From positions 77,718 to 141,717 of the forward strand of contig VFGW01000012.1 in NCBI GenBank assembly GCA_009392295.1: 64,000 bases of DNA, written 5' to 3'. Under the pieces are notes generated by a model that worked only from the letters and a program-made list of their open reading frames with translations, was not told the origin of the DNA and ran no database searches. This stretch comes from SAR202 cluster bacterium. GTDB taxonomy: Bacteria > Chloroflexota > Dehalococcoidia > Lucifugimonadales > GCA-2719675. The translations under genes and the position numbers were made by a program. Of this stretch, positions 28,089 to 37,543 are shown one piece after another (the first letter of the stretch is position 1; every line of letters begins with the position of its first letter).

Positions 28089-29237
28089 ATGAATAAGTAT
28101 GGAGTTTTATTAATTGGAGGAAGACGTACACATCAAGAAATGTATGCAAAAATTTTCAAAAAACATCCTTTAACTTCAATAGTCGGGGTTTCTGATCCTA
28201 AAGAAACTAGTTCATTTAGAAAAAATCTTTCAAAAACACTTGCAAAAGAATATCAAGTACCCTATTTTGACGATTTAAATTTAGCACTTGAAAATCCTCA
28301 AGTCCATATTATTTCATCAACTCCAGAAGTAGAAAAAAGAGGAGAAGTTATTCTCCAATGTATAGAAGCAAAAAAACATGTTTACTTAGACAAACCATTA
28401 TGTGGAAATATTATTGAAGCAAAAAATATTGCTAGCTCAGCAAATAAATCCTCAATAAAAACACAAATGTTCAGCATGGTTCATTTGCCCTGGGTACAAA
28501 AAGCAAAAAAAGAAATATCAAAAAACACATTAGGTAAACTAAAAGCACTTCATATAGAAAATATTTTTTCAAAAGGTAAAGCAGGAACTATCCCATACAA
28601 TAAGCGCAGAATAGAAAAAACCTCAGTAAATAAATGGACATTTACTGAAGCAAAAAGAGAAATGTTTGATATAGGTGTATATCCAATTACTTTAGTTAAT
28701 TGGCTAACAAATGACATACCTAAATCTGTGATAGGCATTACAGGAAACTACATTTTTAATGAACATTATGAGTTAGATGTAGAAGATTTTGGAAGTATTT
28801 TAATGAAATTTGAATCAGGTATTAATGCTTCAATAATTGCAGGGAGGTTCGGTTGGACTAGCCATCCTAAATCTGGGCCTCAAAAAATAGTCCTAATTGG
28901 TGAAAATTCAACAAAAATTTTTGACGCAAATTCTCCTAGAATCGAAATATACAACACTCAAAAACCTTTTGTCCCGCCTCGTTATAATCCTTTAGATCCT
29001 ATGGGAATGTGGGAGGAAACCTCAAAAGAATTCCTTGTTGCATCAAAAAACTCTTGGCAACCTTTCTACAGTACGCAAAATATAGCTGAACTAGATATCA
29101 ATGCATTTATTGATTGCATTGAGAAAAATATAACCCCTGAAATTGATGCCCAAATGGGATATACGATCTTAAAATCTATACTTGCTGGATATATTTCTGC
29201 TGCGACTCATAAAGAAATTAATCTCTCAAAAATATAA
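28089..29237 (+). CDS. Gfo/Idh/MocA-family oxidoreductase
   Basis: 382 aa. It has an N-terminal Rossmann-like region and a VYLDKPL (EKP-type) motif, but the glycine-rich loop is atypical. Confidence 0.65.
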   Translation: MNKYGVLLIGGRRTHQEMYAKIFKKHPLTSIVGVSDPKETSSFRKNLSKTLAKEYQVPYFDDLNLALENPQVHIISSTPEVEKRGEVILQCIEAKKHVYLDKPLCGNIIEAKNIASSANKSSIKTQMFSMVHLPWVQKAKKEISKNTLGKLKALHIENIFSKGKAGTIPYNKRRIEKTSVNKWTFTEAKREMFDIGVYPITLVNWLTNDIPKSVIGITGNYIFNEHYELDVEDFGSILMKFESGINASIIAGRFGWTSHPKSGPQKIVLIGENSTKIFDANSPRIEIYNTQKPFVPPRYNPLDPMGMWEETSKEFLVASKNSWQPFYSTQNIAELDINAFIDCIEKNITPEIDAQMGYTILKSILAGYISAATHKEINLSKI

Positions 29238-29240
29238 AAA

Positions 29241-29870
29241 CTAATCCCCAATTAAAAATATATTATTCCGATTCTCTGCTCGAAATTCATCAAAATTAAT
29301 TTTTCTGCCGTTTAATAAATCTTTTACCCATGAATCTAATACAAAATCTGGAATTGACCCAACCCATTTTGCTTCTACAATTCCTTCTTTATTAACAAAA
29401 AAAGTAGTCGGCATTCCAATTACACCATACTCAATAGTAATAATTCCATCTTGGTCAAAACCATTGATATAATTGATCCCATTAGAATTAATAAAAGCCT
29501 TAGCAGATTTATTTGAATCTTGAATATTTATTCCTATAAATTCTACAGAATCTTTTTTATAATTGTCCCATACAGATTGCAAAATAGCAGCTTCTTCAAT
29601 ACAAGGTGCGCACCAAGATGCCCAAAAATTTATCACCATTGGCTTTTCAATCGTTGAAGACTCTAAAATTTCTTCCTGATCAAAAAGATTCAGAGAAAAA
29701 TCAGGGGCTGGTTTACCTATTCTTGTTGATCCACTCAGTTCTGTAATATAAGTTCTATTAGATATCCCCCAACCTAATAAAAATACAAAACCAAAAACCA
29801 AACAAACAAACATGATAAAAAAAAGTTTTTTCTTAAAATTATTTCCTAAAACCTTTTGAATAAATATCAA
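29241..29870 (-). CDS. Membrane-anchored thioredoxin-fold thiol-disulfide oxidoreductase (TlpA/ResA/CcmG-like)
   Basis: 209 aa with an N-terminal TM segment and active site WASWCAPC. The track start is a TTG directly abutting the sortase stop. The first ATG is 19 codons further in. Confidence 0.8.
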   Translation of the reverse strand: MIFIQKVLGNNFKKKLFFIMFVCLVFGFVFLLGWGISNRTYITELSGSTRIGKPAPDFSLNLFDQEEILESSTIEKPMVINFWASWCAPCIEEAAILQSVWDNYKKDSVEFIGINIQDSNKSAKAFINSNGINYINGFDQDGIITIEYGVIGMPTTFFVNKEGIVEAKWVGSIPDFVLDSWVKDLLNGRKINFDEFRAENRNNIFLIGD

Positions 29871-30929
29871 TTAATTTACCTTAACCGGTGCAGTATTTTC
29901 AGGAATATGTATTTCAATTTCAGTTACCCCCACCATAGCAGCAGTTATAATAATCCTATGATCATATTTCAATCTCGGATAACAGGTTACTAAAATTATA
30001 TCTCTTTGCCCTGAATCCCTTATAAACAATTCATCTTGATATAAAACATCAGCCTTATAAACCTCATATAAATATGTACGTTTAATATCTTGTACGTAAA
30101 TTAAAACAGAACGATCCTCTTTCAAAAGTCTAGGGATTTCAGGTAATCGTTGAAAAACATTTCCTTCTCCTCGAATTGGACTTTCTAAATGTCCAAAATA
30201 CCAACCAGAACCATTTTCAGATGGTTTAGAAGTTGTAGGAATATGACCCACTACATTTTTAGGAGTCTCCCAAGAATTACTGTCACCTAAAATGTCTATC
30301 CCTAACCCCTCTACAACCGAATCAATCCCTAAAATAGGTATTACAATCCTTATTGGGGGATCAGAAATCAAATTATCAGTATTCAAAATAGAAATTGGAT
30401 AAAATTCTTTGGTAATAAATTTAGCATTCGTTAAATCTGAGTTAGAAGGCTTTAGACTTTCCTTGGATAACACATTAAACTCTGTGCCAGGAGGATTCCC
30501 TCCTACTTTTGGTGCAATTCTTGTACTAACTGAAATACTAGATTGCTTAGATTTTTCATCTGAGATATTTTTTACAAAACTATTGTTTGAAATAGAATTA
30601 TTCTCTTCTTTATTTCTGATATTGTTGCTGTCTAAAGAAGAATTATCGTTATTACTATTTTCTTGTTTTGGTTTAAACGACTGAAAAGAATTAACAATTT
30701 TTTCCAAACTAAAAAAATCAGGATCTTCATCTTCGTTTGTGTTTGTATATATCTTGACAGATTCTTGTTTAGTGAATTCCTTTGGTCGCTGTTTAACAAT
30801 TTTCAGTTCCTGGATATTAGTGACTTTAAATTCAGCCCAAACAAAAAATGCAGCCCAAATTGTTAATAATAAACAGCCAAAAGATATTAATAAAATTCCA
30901 AACTTCCTTGATGAAAATTTTTTAATAAT
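29871..30929 (-). CDS. Sortase-family transpeptidase, extended upstream to include its signal-anchor (candidate ATT start)
   Basis: The catalytic region has His (GHLESP), the TLxTC-like DIILVTCYP and a downstream Arg. The frame stays open upstream of the track start (TTG 30707) back to the TAA at 30947-30945. That stretch encodes IIKKFSSRKFGILLISFGCLLLTIWAAFFVWAEF. AAGGAAG lies 7 nt before the ATT at 30929. Confidence 0.6.
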   Translation of the reverse strand: MIKKFSSRKFGILLISFGCLLLTIWAAFFVWAEFKVTNIQELKIVKQRPKEFTKQESVKIYTNTNEDEDPDFFSLEKIVNSFQSFKPKQENSNNDNSSLDSNNIRNKEENNSISNNSFVKNISDEKSKQSSISVSTRIAPKVGGNPPGTEFNVLSKESLKPSNSDLTNAKFITKEFYPISILNTDNLISDPPIRIVIPILGIDSVVEGLGIDILGDSNSWETPKNVVGHIPTTSKPSENGSGWYFGHLESPIRGEGNVFQRLPEIPRLLKEDRSVLIYVQDIKRTYLYEVYKADVLYQDELFIRDSGQRDIILVTCYPRLKYDHRIIITAAMVGVTEIEIHIPENTAPVKVN

Positions 30930-30973
30930 TGTTATACTTCCTTTTTAGAATATTTATTAAAATTAAACTGTGA

Positions 30974-31786
30974 TTATATATTATCAAAATTACAACCCAT
31001 TAAGTTAACATGCAGCCTAGACCATTCTTTCAAACTTAAAGTTTGAGGACGTCGTGATGGAGCAATATTCGAATCTTCAAGACATTTTTTAGCTTGAACA
31101 GGAGAAATATTAAGACCCTTGCTCAATGAATTCCGTAATTGTTTCCTAGGCGAAAAAAATCCTCCTCTTACAACTTTAAAAAAATGGTCCTCTGATAAAA
31201 CATCAACTTGAAATTCCTTATGTACTTGAATATTCACAACAGCAGAACTCACTTTAGGTTTTGGCTTGAATGATGAAGCACTTACCTTCTTAACAATTTT
31301 TGGATTCCCATATAACTGAATAGCAACTGACAATATCCCCATTTGTCCAGGAGAAGCTACCATCTGATTAGCTACTTCCAATTGTACCATCACAGTTAAA
31401 GATGTAGGTTTGTGTGCAACTTCTAAAAATTTTCTTATAATTTTAGAAGCAGCATAATATGGTAAATTAGCAACAACTTTATAATTAATATCTTCAGAAA
31501 TTATAGAGTTAATTTCTATTTCTAGTATATCCCCAGATATGATTTTTAAATTTTTTGAATTTAAAGATAAATTTTCAAGACCTTGAATTAATCTTTCATC
31601 GATCTCTACAGCAATCACTTCGCCAGAATTATTAATTAGCTCTTTGGTTAAAAACCCTTTACCTGGCCCAACTTCTAACACCAAATCATCTGAACTTAAT
31701 TGAGCAGATTTTACTATAGCAGCTCTTATCTTATTATCATATAAAAAGTGCTGACCAAGGGATTTCTTAGAAGAATATCTAACCAT
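30974..31786 (-). CDS. rsmA: 16S rRNA (adenine1518/1519-N6)-dimethyltransferase RsmA/KsgA
   Basis: 270 aa with the SLGQHFL motif and the SAM-binding VLEVGPGKGFLT. Confidence 0.9.
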   Translation of the reverse strand: MVRYSSKKSLGQHFLYDNKIRAAIVKSAQLSSDDLVLEVGPGKGFLTKELINNSGEVIAVEIDERLIQGLENLSLNSKNLKIISGDILEIEINSIISEDINYKVVANLPYYAASKIIRKFLEVAHKPTSLTVMVQLEVANQMVASPGQMGILSVAIQLYGNPKIVKKVSASSFKPKPKVSSAVVNIQVHKEFQVDVLSEDHFFKVVRGGFFSPRKQLRNSLSKGLNISPVQAKKCLEDSNIAPSRRPQTLSLKEWSRLHVNLMGCNFDNI

Positions 31787-31813
31787 AAATCTACATTTCT
31801 TTTGAATATTTTA

Positions 31814-32090
31814 GTGGCCGTGCACCTATCAATCGATAAATCAACAAATAAATACTAAAATAGCACAACTCAATCCAAGTAAATCTGCAGCACCCAAATA
31901 AAACACTTACCGCTGCTTTCTTCCGAACCTGACGGGGTTAGGTGATCATCTGTCGCACAGGACCCAAATATCAACATTGTAACTAAATTAATAAATTATC
32001 TGTTAAAAAACCTCAAAAAAGGAATTCAGTCTCGCTATAGCGGATTGCGAGTTCAAGGCACCGCTAACTCCTCACATAGCACGACCAAGA
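31814..32090 (-). ncRNA. ffs: Signal recognition particle RNA, long (Bacillus-type, Alu-domain-containing) form
   Basis: The minus-strand read contains GUCAGGUUCGGAAGAAAGCAGC, the conserved SRP helix-8 motif. The 5' end reads UCUUGGUCGUGCUA...GCGGUGCC...GCAAUCCGCUAUAGC and the 3' end ...GAUAGGUGCACGGCC. This resembles the B. subtilis scRNA Alu domain as I recall it. The ends are approximate, within about 5 nt. Confidence 0.85.
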
Positions 32091-32093
32091 ATA

Positions 32094-32123
32094 ATATTAA
32101 TTTAGATACAAGTAAGATGTCAA
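32094..32123 (-). promoter_or_regulatory. Sigma70-type promoter for SRP RNA: TTGACA-18 nt-TAATAT
   Basis: On the minus strand the -35 is at 32123-32118 and the -10 at 32099-32094. The predicted start falls at the UCUUGG 5' end of the RNA. Confidence 0.5.
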
Positions 32124-32169
32124 CGAAAGCAATTTGAATACCTAAAAAATCCTATAAGTAAATAATAAT

Positions 32170-33075
32170 TTGAAATATCCTATTAAAAATATCCAAGGAT
32201 CGAAAAGCCAAATGATAAATTATGTTTCAAAATATCAAAAATCATTAATACTAATTAGACTAATTAGACTGATTCAAGAATTTTTAGGTCTAAATTGTCA
32301 TATAATTGCAAGTTCGATTTCTTTCTACACTCTCTTTGCAATATTTCCATTAATTTTATTGGCCACATCAATTATAGGTTTTTTATTAGGGACTAATGAT
32401 GCTGAGGAATTAGCTGATTTTTCAGTTAATTTAGCCAAATTCTTACCAGTATCTAAAGAATTTATTAGTGCAACAATCTACGGAATCTCAATCGACAGGC
32501 CCCTTTCAGGAGCATTTGGGGTAATTACTTTAATTTGGGCATCTTCGTCTGTATTTGCAACAATCAGAAAAGGTATTAACACTACTTGGAAAATCAATAA
32601 AACACGAAATTTAATTCAAGAAAAGATTATAGATTTCACTCTAGTAATAATTGTGAGTATATTATTAATTTTTGGGTTGCTTAGTGGTCCCATTCTATCT
32701 ATCACTATAGAATTGATTCGATATTTTTTACCTGATTCACAAATATTCACACAATTTTTTTGGACTATATCTTCAAAAATAATTTTTCCAATATTATCAT
32801 TTTTAACAATTTTATTTTTATATACTTTTTTACCTAATAAAAAAATAAATATTAAACAAATAATACCGTATGCATTTGTATCTTCAATAGCTTTTAATTT
32901 GGGCAATATCTTATTCATAGAATATCTAAAAATTTCTACCCATTACAATCTTATATATGGATCTATCGCAGGAATTTTAGCACTTCTTACTTGGGTATAT
33001 ATTTCTAGTTTAATCCTGCTATTTGGATCATTTTTATCATATAAATACATACAACATAAATCTAGCGAAAATTAA
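32170..33075 (+). CDS. YihY/BrkB-family integral membrane protein
   Basis: 301 aa, polytopic. It has ASSISFYTLFAIFPLIL and WASSSVF motifs typical of the YihY family. Confidence 0.75.
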   Translation: MKYPIKNIQGSKSQMINYVSKYQKSLILIRLIRLIQEFLGLNCHIIASSISFYTLFAIFPLILLATSIIGFLLGTNDAEELADFSVNLAKFLPVSKEFISATIYGISIDRPLSGAFGVITLIWASSSVFATIRKGINTTWKINKTRNLIQEKIIDFTLVIIVSILLIFGLLSGPILSITIELIRYFLPDSQIFTQFFWTISSKIIFPILSFLTILFLYTFLPNKKINIKQIIPYAFVSSIAFNLGNILFIEYLKISTHYNLIYGSIAGILALLTWVYISSLILLFGSFLSYKYIQHKSSEN

Positions 33076-33123
33076 AAAATTAATCTACAATAAGTGATGA
33101 AAACATATCATTTTTAATCGCCT

Positions 33124-34182
33124 ATGATAATCAATAAAAAAAAATTACTCATTGTCTCATCATTTTTAATCATAGTTTTTTTAAGTTGCAATCAAATTGA
33201 TTCAAATTCAAAAAACAATATAGGTTTAGAACCTCAAAATCTTAGTCTTCAACTTGATTTGCAAAAAAATTCTGTTTCTAACACAGTAGACGAAGTTACT
33301 CCATGGGTAGCTTCCATAACTACTGAATCTAGCCAAATTAGTAAATTCTATACTGTAAGAGGTGAAGGAGCAGGTACAGGTATAGTCACTAAAGCAAATG
33401 GCTATATTCTTACAAATGCACATGTTATTGAAAATGCAAAAGAGATAAAAGTTCATTTACCAAATCAACCAACTTACAAAGCTAACATAGTGGGAATTGA
33501 CAGAATTTCAGATCTTGCGGTTTTAAAAATTGATTCAAAAAATCTTCAATATGCTACATTTGCAAATTCTGACAAATTAAAAGTAGGTCAATGGGTATTA
33601 ACAGTAGGTAATGCTTTAGCTTTAAAAGGTGGCCCAACTGTCACAATTGGAATAATAAGTGGCCTAGATAGAACAATCACTACTTCAATTGGACAATTTC
33701 ATGGTTTGATTCAAACTGATGCAGCAATAAATGAAGGTAATAGCGGCGGCCCACTAATCAATTTAAATGGAGAAGTTGTAGGTATAAACCAAGCTACAGT
33801 TAGAGGAGCTCAAGGAATAGGATTTGCAATTGAATCTAATGTTGCTAAAAAAATTCTCCAAAATCTTATTGAAACAGGGAAAGTAATCAGACCATTTTTT
33901 GGTATTTCAGGACAAGATTTTACTAAAGCAATAGCCAATGAACTAAATATCAAACATCACGAAGGCATAATTGTAACAACTATCACAGAGCAAGGGCCAG
34001 CAAACCAAGCTGGAATTGAAGCCGGAGATATAATTACTAAATTAAATGATCTTAAAACTACAGATATGAACCAATTTCTTGATATTTTATGGGGTTTTTC
34101 TCCTGGAGATAAAATAAAAGTGGAATTTTATAGAAATCAAACAAAAAAATCGGTTAACTTAACTTTAAGTGAAAGACCATAA
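33124..34182 (+). CDS. HtrA/DegP-family serine protease with one PDZ domain
   Basis: 352 aa with an N-terminal anchor. The catalytic triad contexts are TNAHVI, DLAVLKI and GNSGGPL. A C-terminal PDZ domain is present (GIEAGDIITKLND). Confidence 0.88.
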   Translation: MIINKKKLLIVSSFLIIVFLSCNQIDSNSKNNIGLEPQNLSLQLDLQKNSVSNTVDEVTPWVASITTESSQISKFYTVRGEGAGTGIVTKANGYILTNAHVIENAKEIKVHLPNQPTYKANIVGIDRISDLAVLKIDSKNLQYATFANSDKLKVGQWVLTVGNALALKGGPTVTIGIISGLDRTITTSIGQFHGLIQTDAAINEGNSGGPLINLNGEVVGINQATVRGAQGIGFAIESNVAKKILQNLIETGKVIRPFFGISGQDFTKAIANELNIKHHEGIIVTTITEQGPANQAGIEAGDIITKLNDLKTTDMNQFLDILWGFSPGDKIKVEFYRNQTKKSVNLTLSERP

Positions 34183-34187
34183 GTACA

Positions 34188-37100
34188 CTAATCTAAAGGA
34201 GTTAGTCCTATACTAACTTCTTCTCCATTCAAGCTCAATTCTTCTACTACAGTCGATTCCAATTTTTGAACTTTTAATATATCTTTGGCAAGAGTTTCTT
34301 TCGCAATCAACTCACCAAAATTTTCAATTACATTATCTAACTTTTGTTTAGAAATATATTCAATTTTTATACTTTGAGAAATTTCAAACCCTGAATTTTT
34401 ACGAGTATTTTGAATAGCATGAATCCATTCTCTAGCTAATCCTTCAAGTTGCAATTCATCAGTTAAAATAATATCTATACCTACAAAATACCCTGCATCT
34501 CCACTCACTACAAATCCATCTTTTTCTAAAGAAATAACATCAAAATCTTCATTTGTAATTAAGTGACCTTGGATTTGGCAAGAATCTTTATCATTAAATT
34601 TTGACAAAAGTTCTTGTGGTTTAGAAAGTTCTAAAAGATTTTTGACTTCATTTGCTTTTTGTCCAAATTTTGGACCAATAATTGACATATTTGCTTTAAT
34701 CTCTAAAGAAAAAATATCTTCTTTTTTCCTTGTGATTAAAATATTTTTTACATTCAACTCTTCAAGCATTTGAGATTTCACACTTGAGAACAGTTGTACT
34801 TCTTCTTCAGTATCTAAATATACCATAGCTTTAGAAATTGGTTGCCTAACTTTAATTCCAGCTTTGCTTCTAGCAGATCGACCTATACTTGATAATTTCA
34901 TTGCTAAAGCTGTTTTTTTAGAAAGATTATGATCAATTATAGAATCGTCTGATATAGGATAATCTTCTAAATGTACACTTAACTTCCCTCTATCATGTCC
35001 CACTAAATTCCTATAAATTGATTCACTCAAAAAAGGCATAAACGGAGCAACTAATTTTGATACCTCTACTAAGCATTCATATAGGGTTGAATAAGCAGCA
35101 ATTTTATCTTTATCAGTACCATTTTTCCAAAATCTTCTTCTATTACGCCTTACATACCAATTTGATAAATAATATATAAACTGCTCAACGCTTCTAGAAG
35201 CACGCTCAGGTTGATATTTCTCCAACGAATCAGTAACACTTTTAATCAAAATATTTAATTCAGATAGAATCCATCTATCCAACTCTGTAAGATTTTTAGG
35301 ATCTGATTTAACTGCTGGATCATACTTGTCAATATTGGCATAAGTAACAAAAAAAGAATAGACGTTCCATAGAGGAATAATTAACATTCTTCGAACTTCA
35401 TCAGCAACATTGAATCCAAACATTAAATTGTTTGCAGGATTATGCCTAGAATACAACCAACGCATCGAATCTACGCCCATTTCTTCAGCAGCATCATGAA
35501 ACCATATAGCATTCCCTTTACTTTTATGCATTTCTTCACCTTTTTCATCGCGCATCAAAGCATAAGAAAATATATTTTTAAACGGCGGAGAATTTTCTAA
35601 AACTGTACTCATACATAGCAAAGAATAAAACCAATTTCGAAATTGACCAGGAAAACTTTCTGAGATCCAATCTGCTGGAAACCAATCTTTCCAATATTCC
35701 TTATCATTTCTGTAATTTAATGTGGAAAAAGGCACTATACCTGCATCTAACCATGGATTACCAACATCTTTAATACGATTAATGTGTTTGGCACAATTAG
35801 AACATTCAATTTTCACTGAATCTATCCACGGCCTATGTGGGGAATTCCCACTAAATGATTCCCATCCTTCGACACATCTATTTTCTAATTCTTTTTCACT
35901 ACCTATAACTTCAAAATTTCCACAATCAACACACTTGAAAATAGGCAATGCTAGACCCCAATATCGTTTTTTAGATATCATCCAGTCATCCATATTCTTG
36001 AGCCAGTCAAGCTCTCTATCTAATCCAAACTCTGGGTACCAATTAATCTTTTTTGTAACATCCGCAATCATATCTCGAAGTTCATCCATCGATATAAACC
36101 ATTCATCTACCAATCTAAATACAAGCTCTGTATCGCATCTCCAGCAAACGGGATACCTATGTTTATAATCTTCTACTCGATAAAAAATCCCTTTATTTTT
36201 TAAATCTTCAAAAATTTCATCATTCACTTCATTAACACTTTTTCCAGAAAGCCACCCAAATCCTTCAAGAAAAGTCCCAAATTCATCTAGAGGCGCAATA
36301 ACATCAAGACCTTCTTTCTTACTTATCAAAAAGTCCTCTTGTCCAGCTCCTGGAGCTGTATGAACTATACCTGTACCTTCAGATTCACTAACATTTTCGT
36401 TACAAACAACCTTATGAATTACATTTTTTTGTATAGGTAATTCATCATAAGGTCCTTTATATCTCAAGCCATCTAACTCTTTACCTTGAACAAATCCTAA
36501 TACTTTATGTTCTTCAAGGATTACATTTAGACGTGAATTTAAAACATAAAATATTTCACCTGAAGATAATTGAACTCGAGCATATTTTAAATCAGGATGT
36601 AAATAAACACCTGTATTACTAGAAAGAGTCCAGGGTGTGGTGGTCCAAATCAACAAAGACTCATTTTTTCTATCAATTAAATTAAATTTTACAAAAAGGC
36701 CAGGATGAACAACTTCTTTATAACCTTCAGTAACAATTTCATGTTGAGATAATCCAGTACCACATCTTGGGCACCAAGGCATCACATCTGTACCTTCATA
36801 AAGCCAGCCTTTTTCATTACAAATTTTCAAAAACTGCCAAATTGTATAATTGTTCTCATCTGACAATGTGTGATAAGAATTGTCCCAATCCATCCAGTAA
36901 CCTAATCTCTTAGATTGAGACGTTTGAATATCAGAAAACTTCTTAACTCTAGCTTTACATAGCTCTACAAACTTATCAATTCCAAATGTTTCAATTTCTC
37001 GTTTGGAATTTAATCCAAGCTCTTTTTCAACTTCAACTTCAATCCATAACCCTTGCCCATCAAAACCATTTTGGTATCTTTGTTTAAAACCTTGCATAGT

Positions 37101-37319
37101 CTTGAATCTTTGCCAAAGATCTTTATAAGTCCTACCCCAAGCGTGATGAACACCCATAGGATTATTAGCAGTAATTGGGCCATCAATAAATGAAAACTTC
37201 TTCGTAGATTTTTCATTCCTATTAAGATACAGTTCAACAATACCATTTTCTTCCCACCAGGAGAAAATTTCTCTTTCCATTAAAGGAAAATCAATTTTAG
37301 AGTTCACAGATTCAAACAT
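34188..37319 (-). CDS. ileS: Isoleucyl-tRNA synthetase (type 2-like, about 1040 aa)
   Basis: 1043 aa. It has a HIGH-region variant (PMGVHHAWGR), a KMSKS variant (MHKSKGN), an editing-domain insertion and zinc-binding Cys pairs. Confidence 0.93.
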   Translation of the reverse strand: MFESVNSKIDFPLMEREIFSWWEENGIVELYLNRNEKSTKKFSFIDGPITANNPMGVHHAWGRTYKDLWQRFKTMQGFKQRYQNGFDGQGLWIEVEVEKELGLNSKREIETFGIDKFVELCKARVKKFSDIQTSQSKRLGYWMDWDNSYHTLSDENNYTIWQFLKICNEKGWLYEGTDVMPWCPRCGTGLSQHEIVTEGYKEVVHPGLFVKFNLIDRKNESLLIWTTTPWTLSSNTGVYLHPDLKYARVQLSSGEIFYVLNSRLNVILEEHKVLGFVQGKELDGLRYKGPYDELPIQKNVIHKVVCNENVSESEGTGIVHTAPGAGQEDFLISKKEGLDVIAPLDEFGTFLEGFGWLSGKSVNEVNDEIFEDLKNKGIFYRVEDYKHRYPVCWRCDTELVFRLVDEWFISMDELRDMIADVTKKINWYPEFGLDRELDWLKNMDDWMISKKRYWGLALPIFKCVDCGNFEVIGSEKELENRCVEGWESFSGNSPHRPWIDSVKIECSNCAKHINRIKDVGNPWLDAGIVPFSTLNYRNDKEYWKDWFPADWISESFPGQFRNWFYSLLCMSTVLENSPPFKNIFSYALMRDEKGEEMHKSKGNAIWFHDAAEEMGVDSMRWLYSRHNPANNLMFGFNVADEVRRMLIIPLWNVYSFFVTYANIDKYDPAVKSDPKNLTELDRWILSELNILIKSVTDSLEKYQPERASRSVEQFIYYLSNWYVRRNRRRFWKNGTDKDKIAAYSTLYECLVEVSKLVAPFMPFLSESIYRNLVGHDRGKLSVHLEDYPISDDSIIDHNLSKKTALAMKLSSIGRSARSKAGIKVRQPISKAMVYLDTEEEVQLFSSVKSQMLEELNVKNILITRKKEDIFSLEIKANMSIIGPKFGQKANEVKNLLELSKPQELLSKFNDKDSCQIQGHLITNEDFDVISLEKDGFVVSGDAGYFVGIDIILTDELQLEGLAREWIHAIQNTRKNSGFEISQSIKIEYISKQKLDNVIENFGELIAKETLAKDILKVQKLESTVVEELSLNGEEVSIGLTPLD

Positions 37320-37543
37320 AAAAATATCCTTGCCTTACATTGTAATCATAAATCCAATAATCTTTAAGTATTTAACATATTTAGTAAAATACTAAGTTTT
37401 TAGAATCTTATAAATTACCCCATACAAAAATAACTAAACTATATATACATATTAAATATCTTCTGAAGCGAAATTTACACAAACACAAAAGAACATTTGA
37501 AAAAATGTATGACTAAGATGAAAATAACTGCTAATTAATTACG

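Noticed and set aside
30708-30947. An apparent frameshift or pseudogene in the sortase gene, with the membrane anchor seeming to be in a different frame from the catalytic domain.
   Set aside because: This came from my own one-base miscount at a line boundary (the T at 30781). On re-reading, CCAAAGG keeps the anchor in frame with the catalytic domain. The real oddity is the lack of a canonical start codon, not a frameshift.
30663-30948. Two plus-strand ORFs in the track (67 aa and 69 aa) in the gap upstream of the sortase.
   Set aside because: They are antisense to the in-frame sortase N-terminal extension. They are low-complexity and have no RBS, so they are most likely shadow ORFs.
37320-37543. 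A possible T-box or other leader upstream of ileS (224-nt ORF-free region).
   Set aside because: I found no T-box consensus (AANNNGGGTGGTACCGCG-like) and no convincing specifier, terminator or antiterminator arrangement. The region is simply very AT-rich. A covariance-model scan would be needed to be sure.
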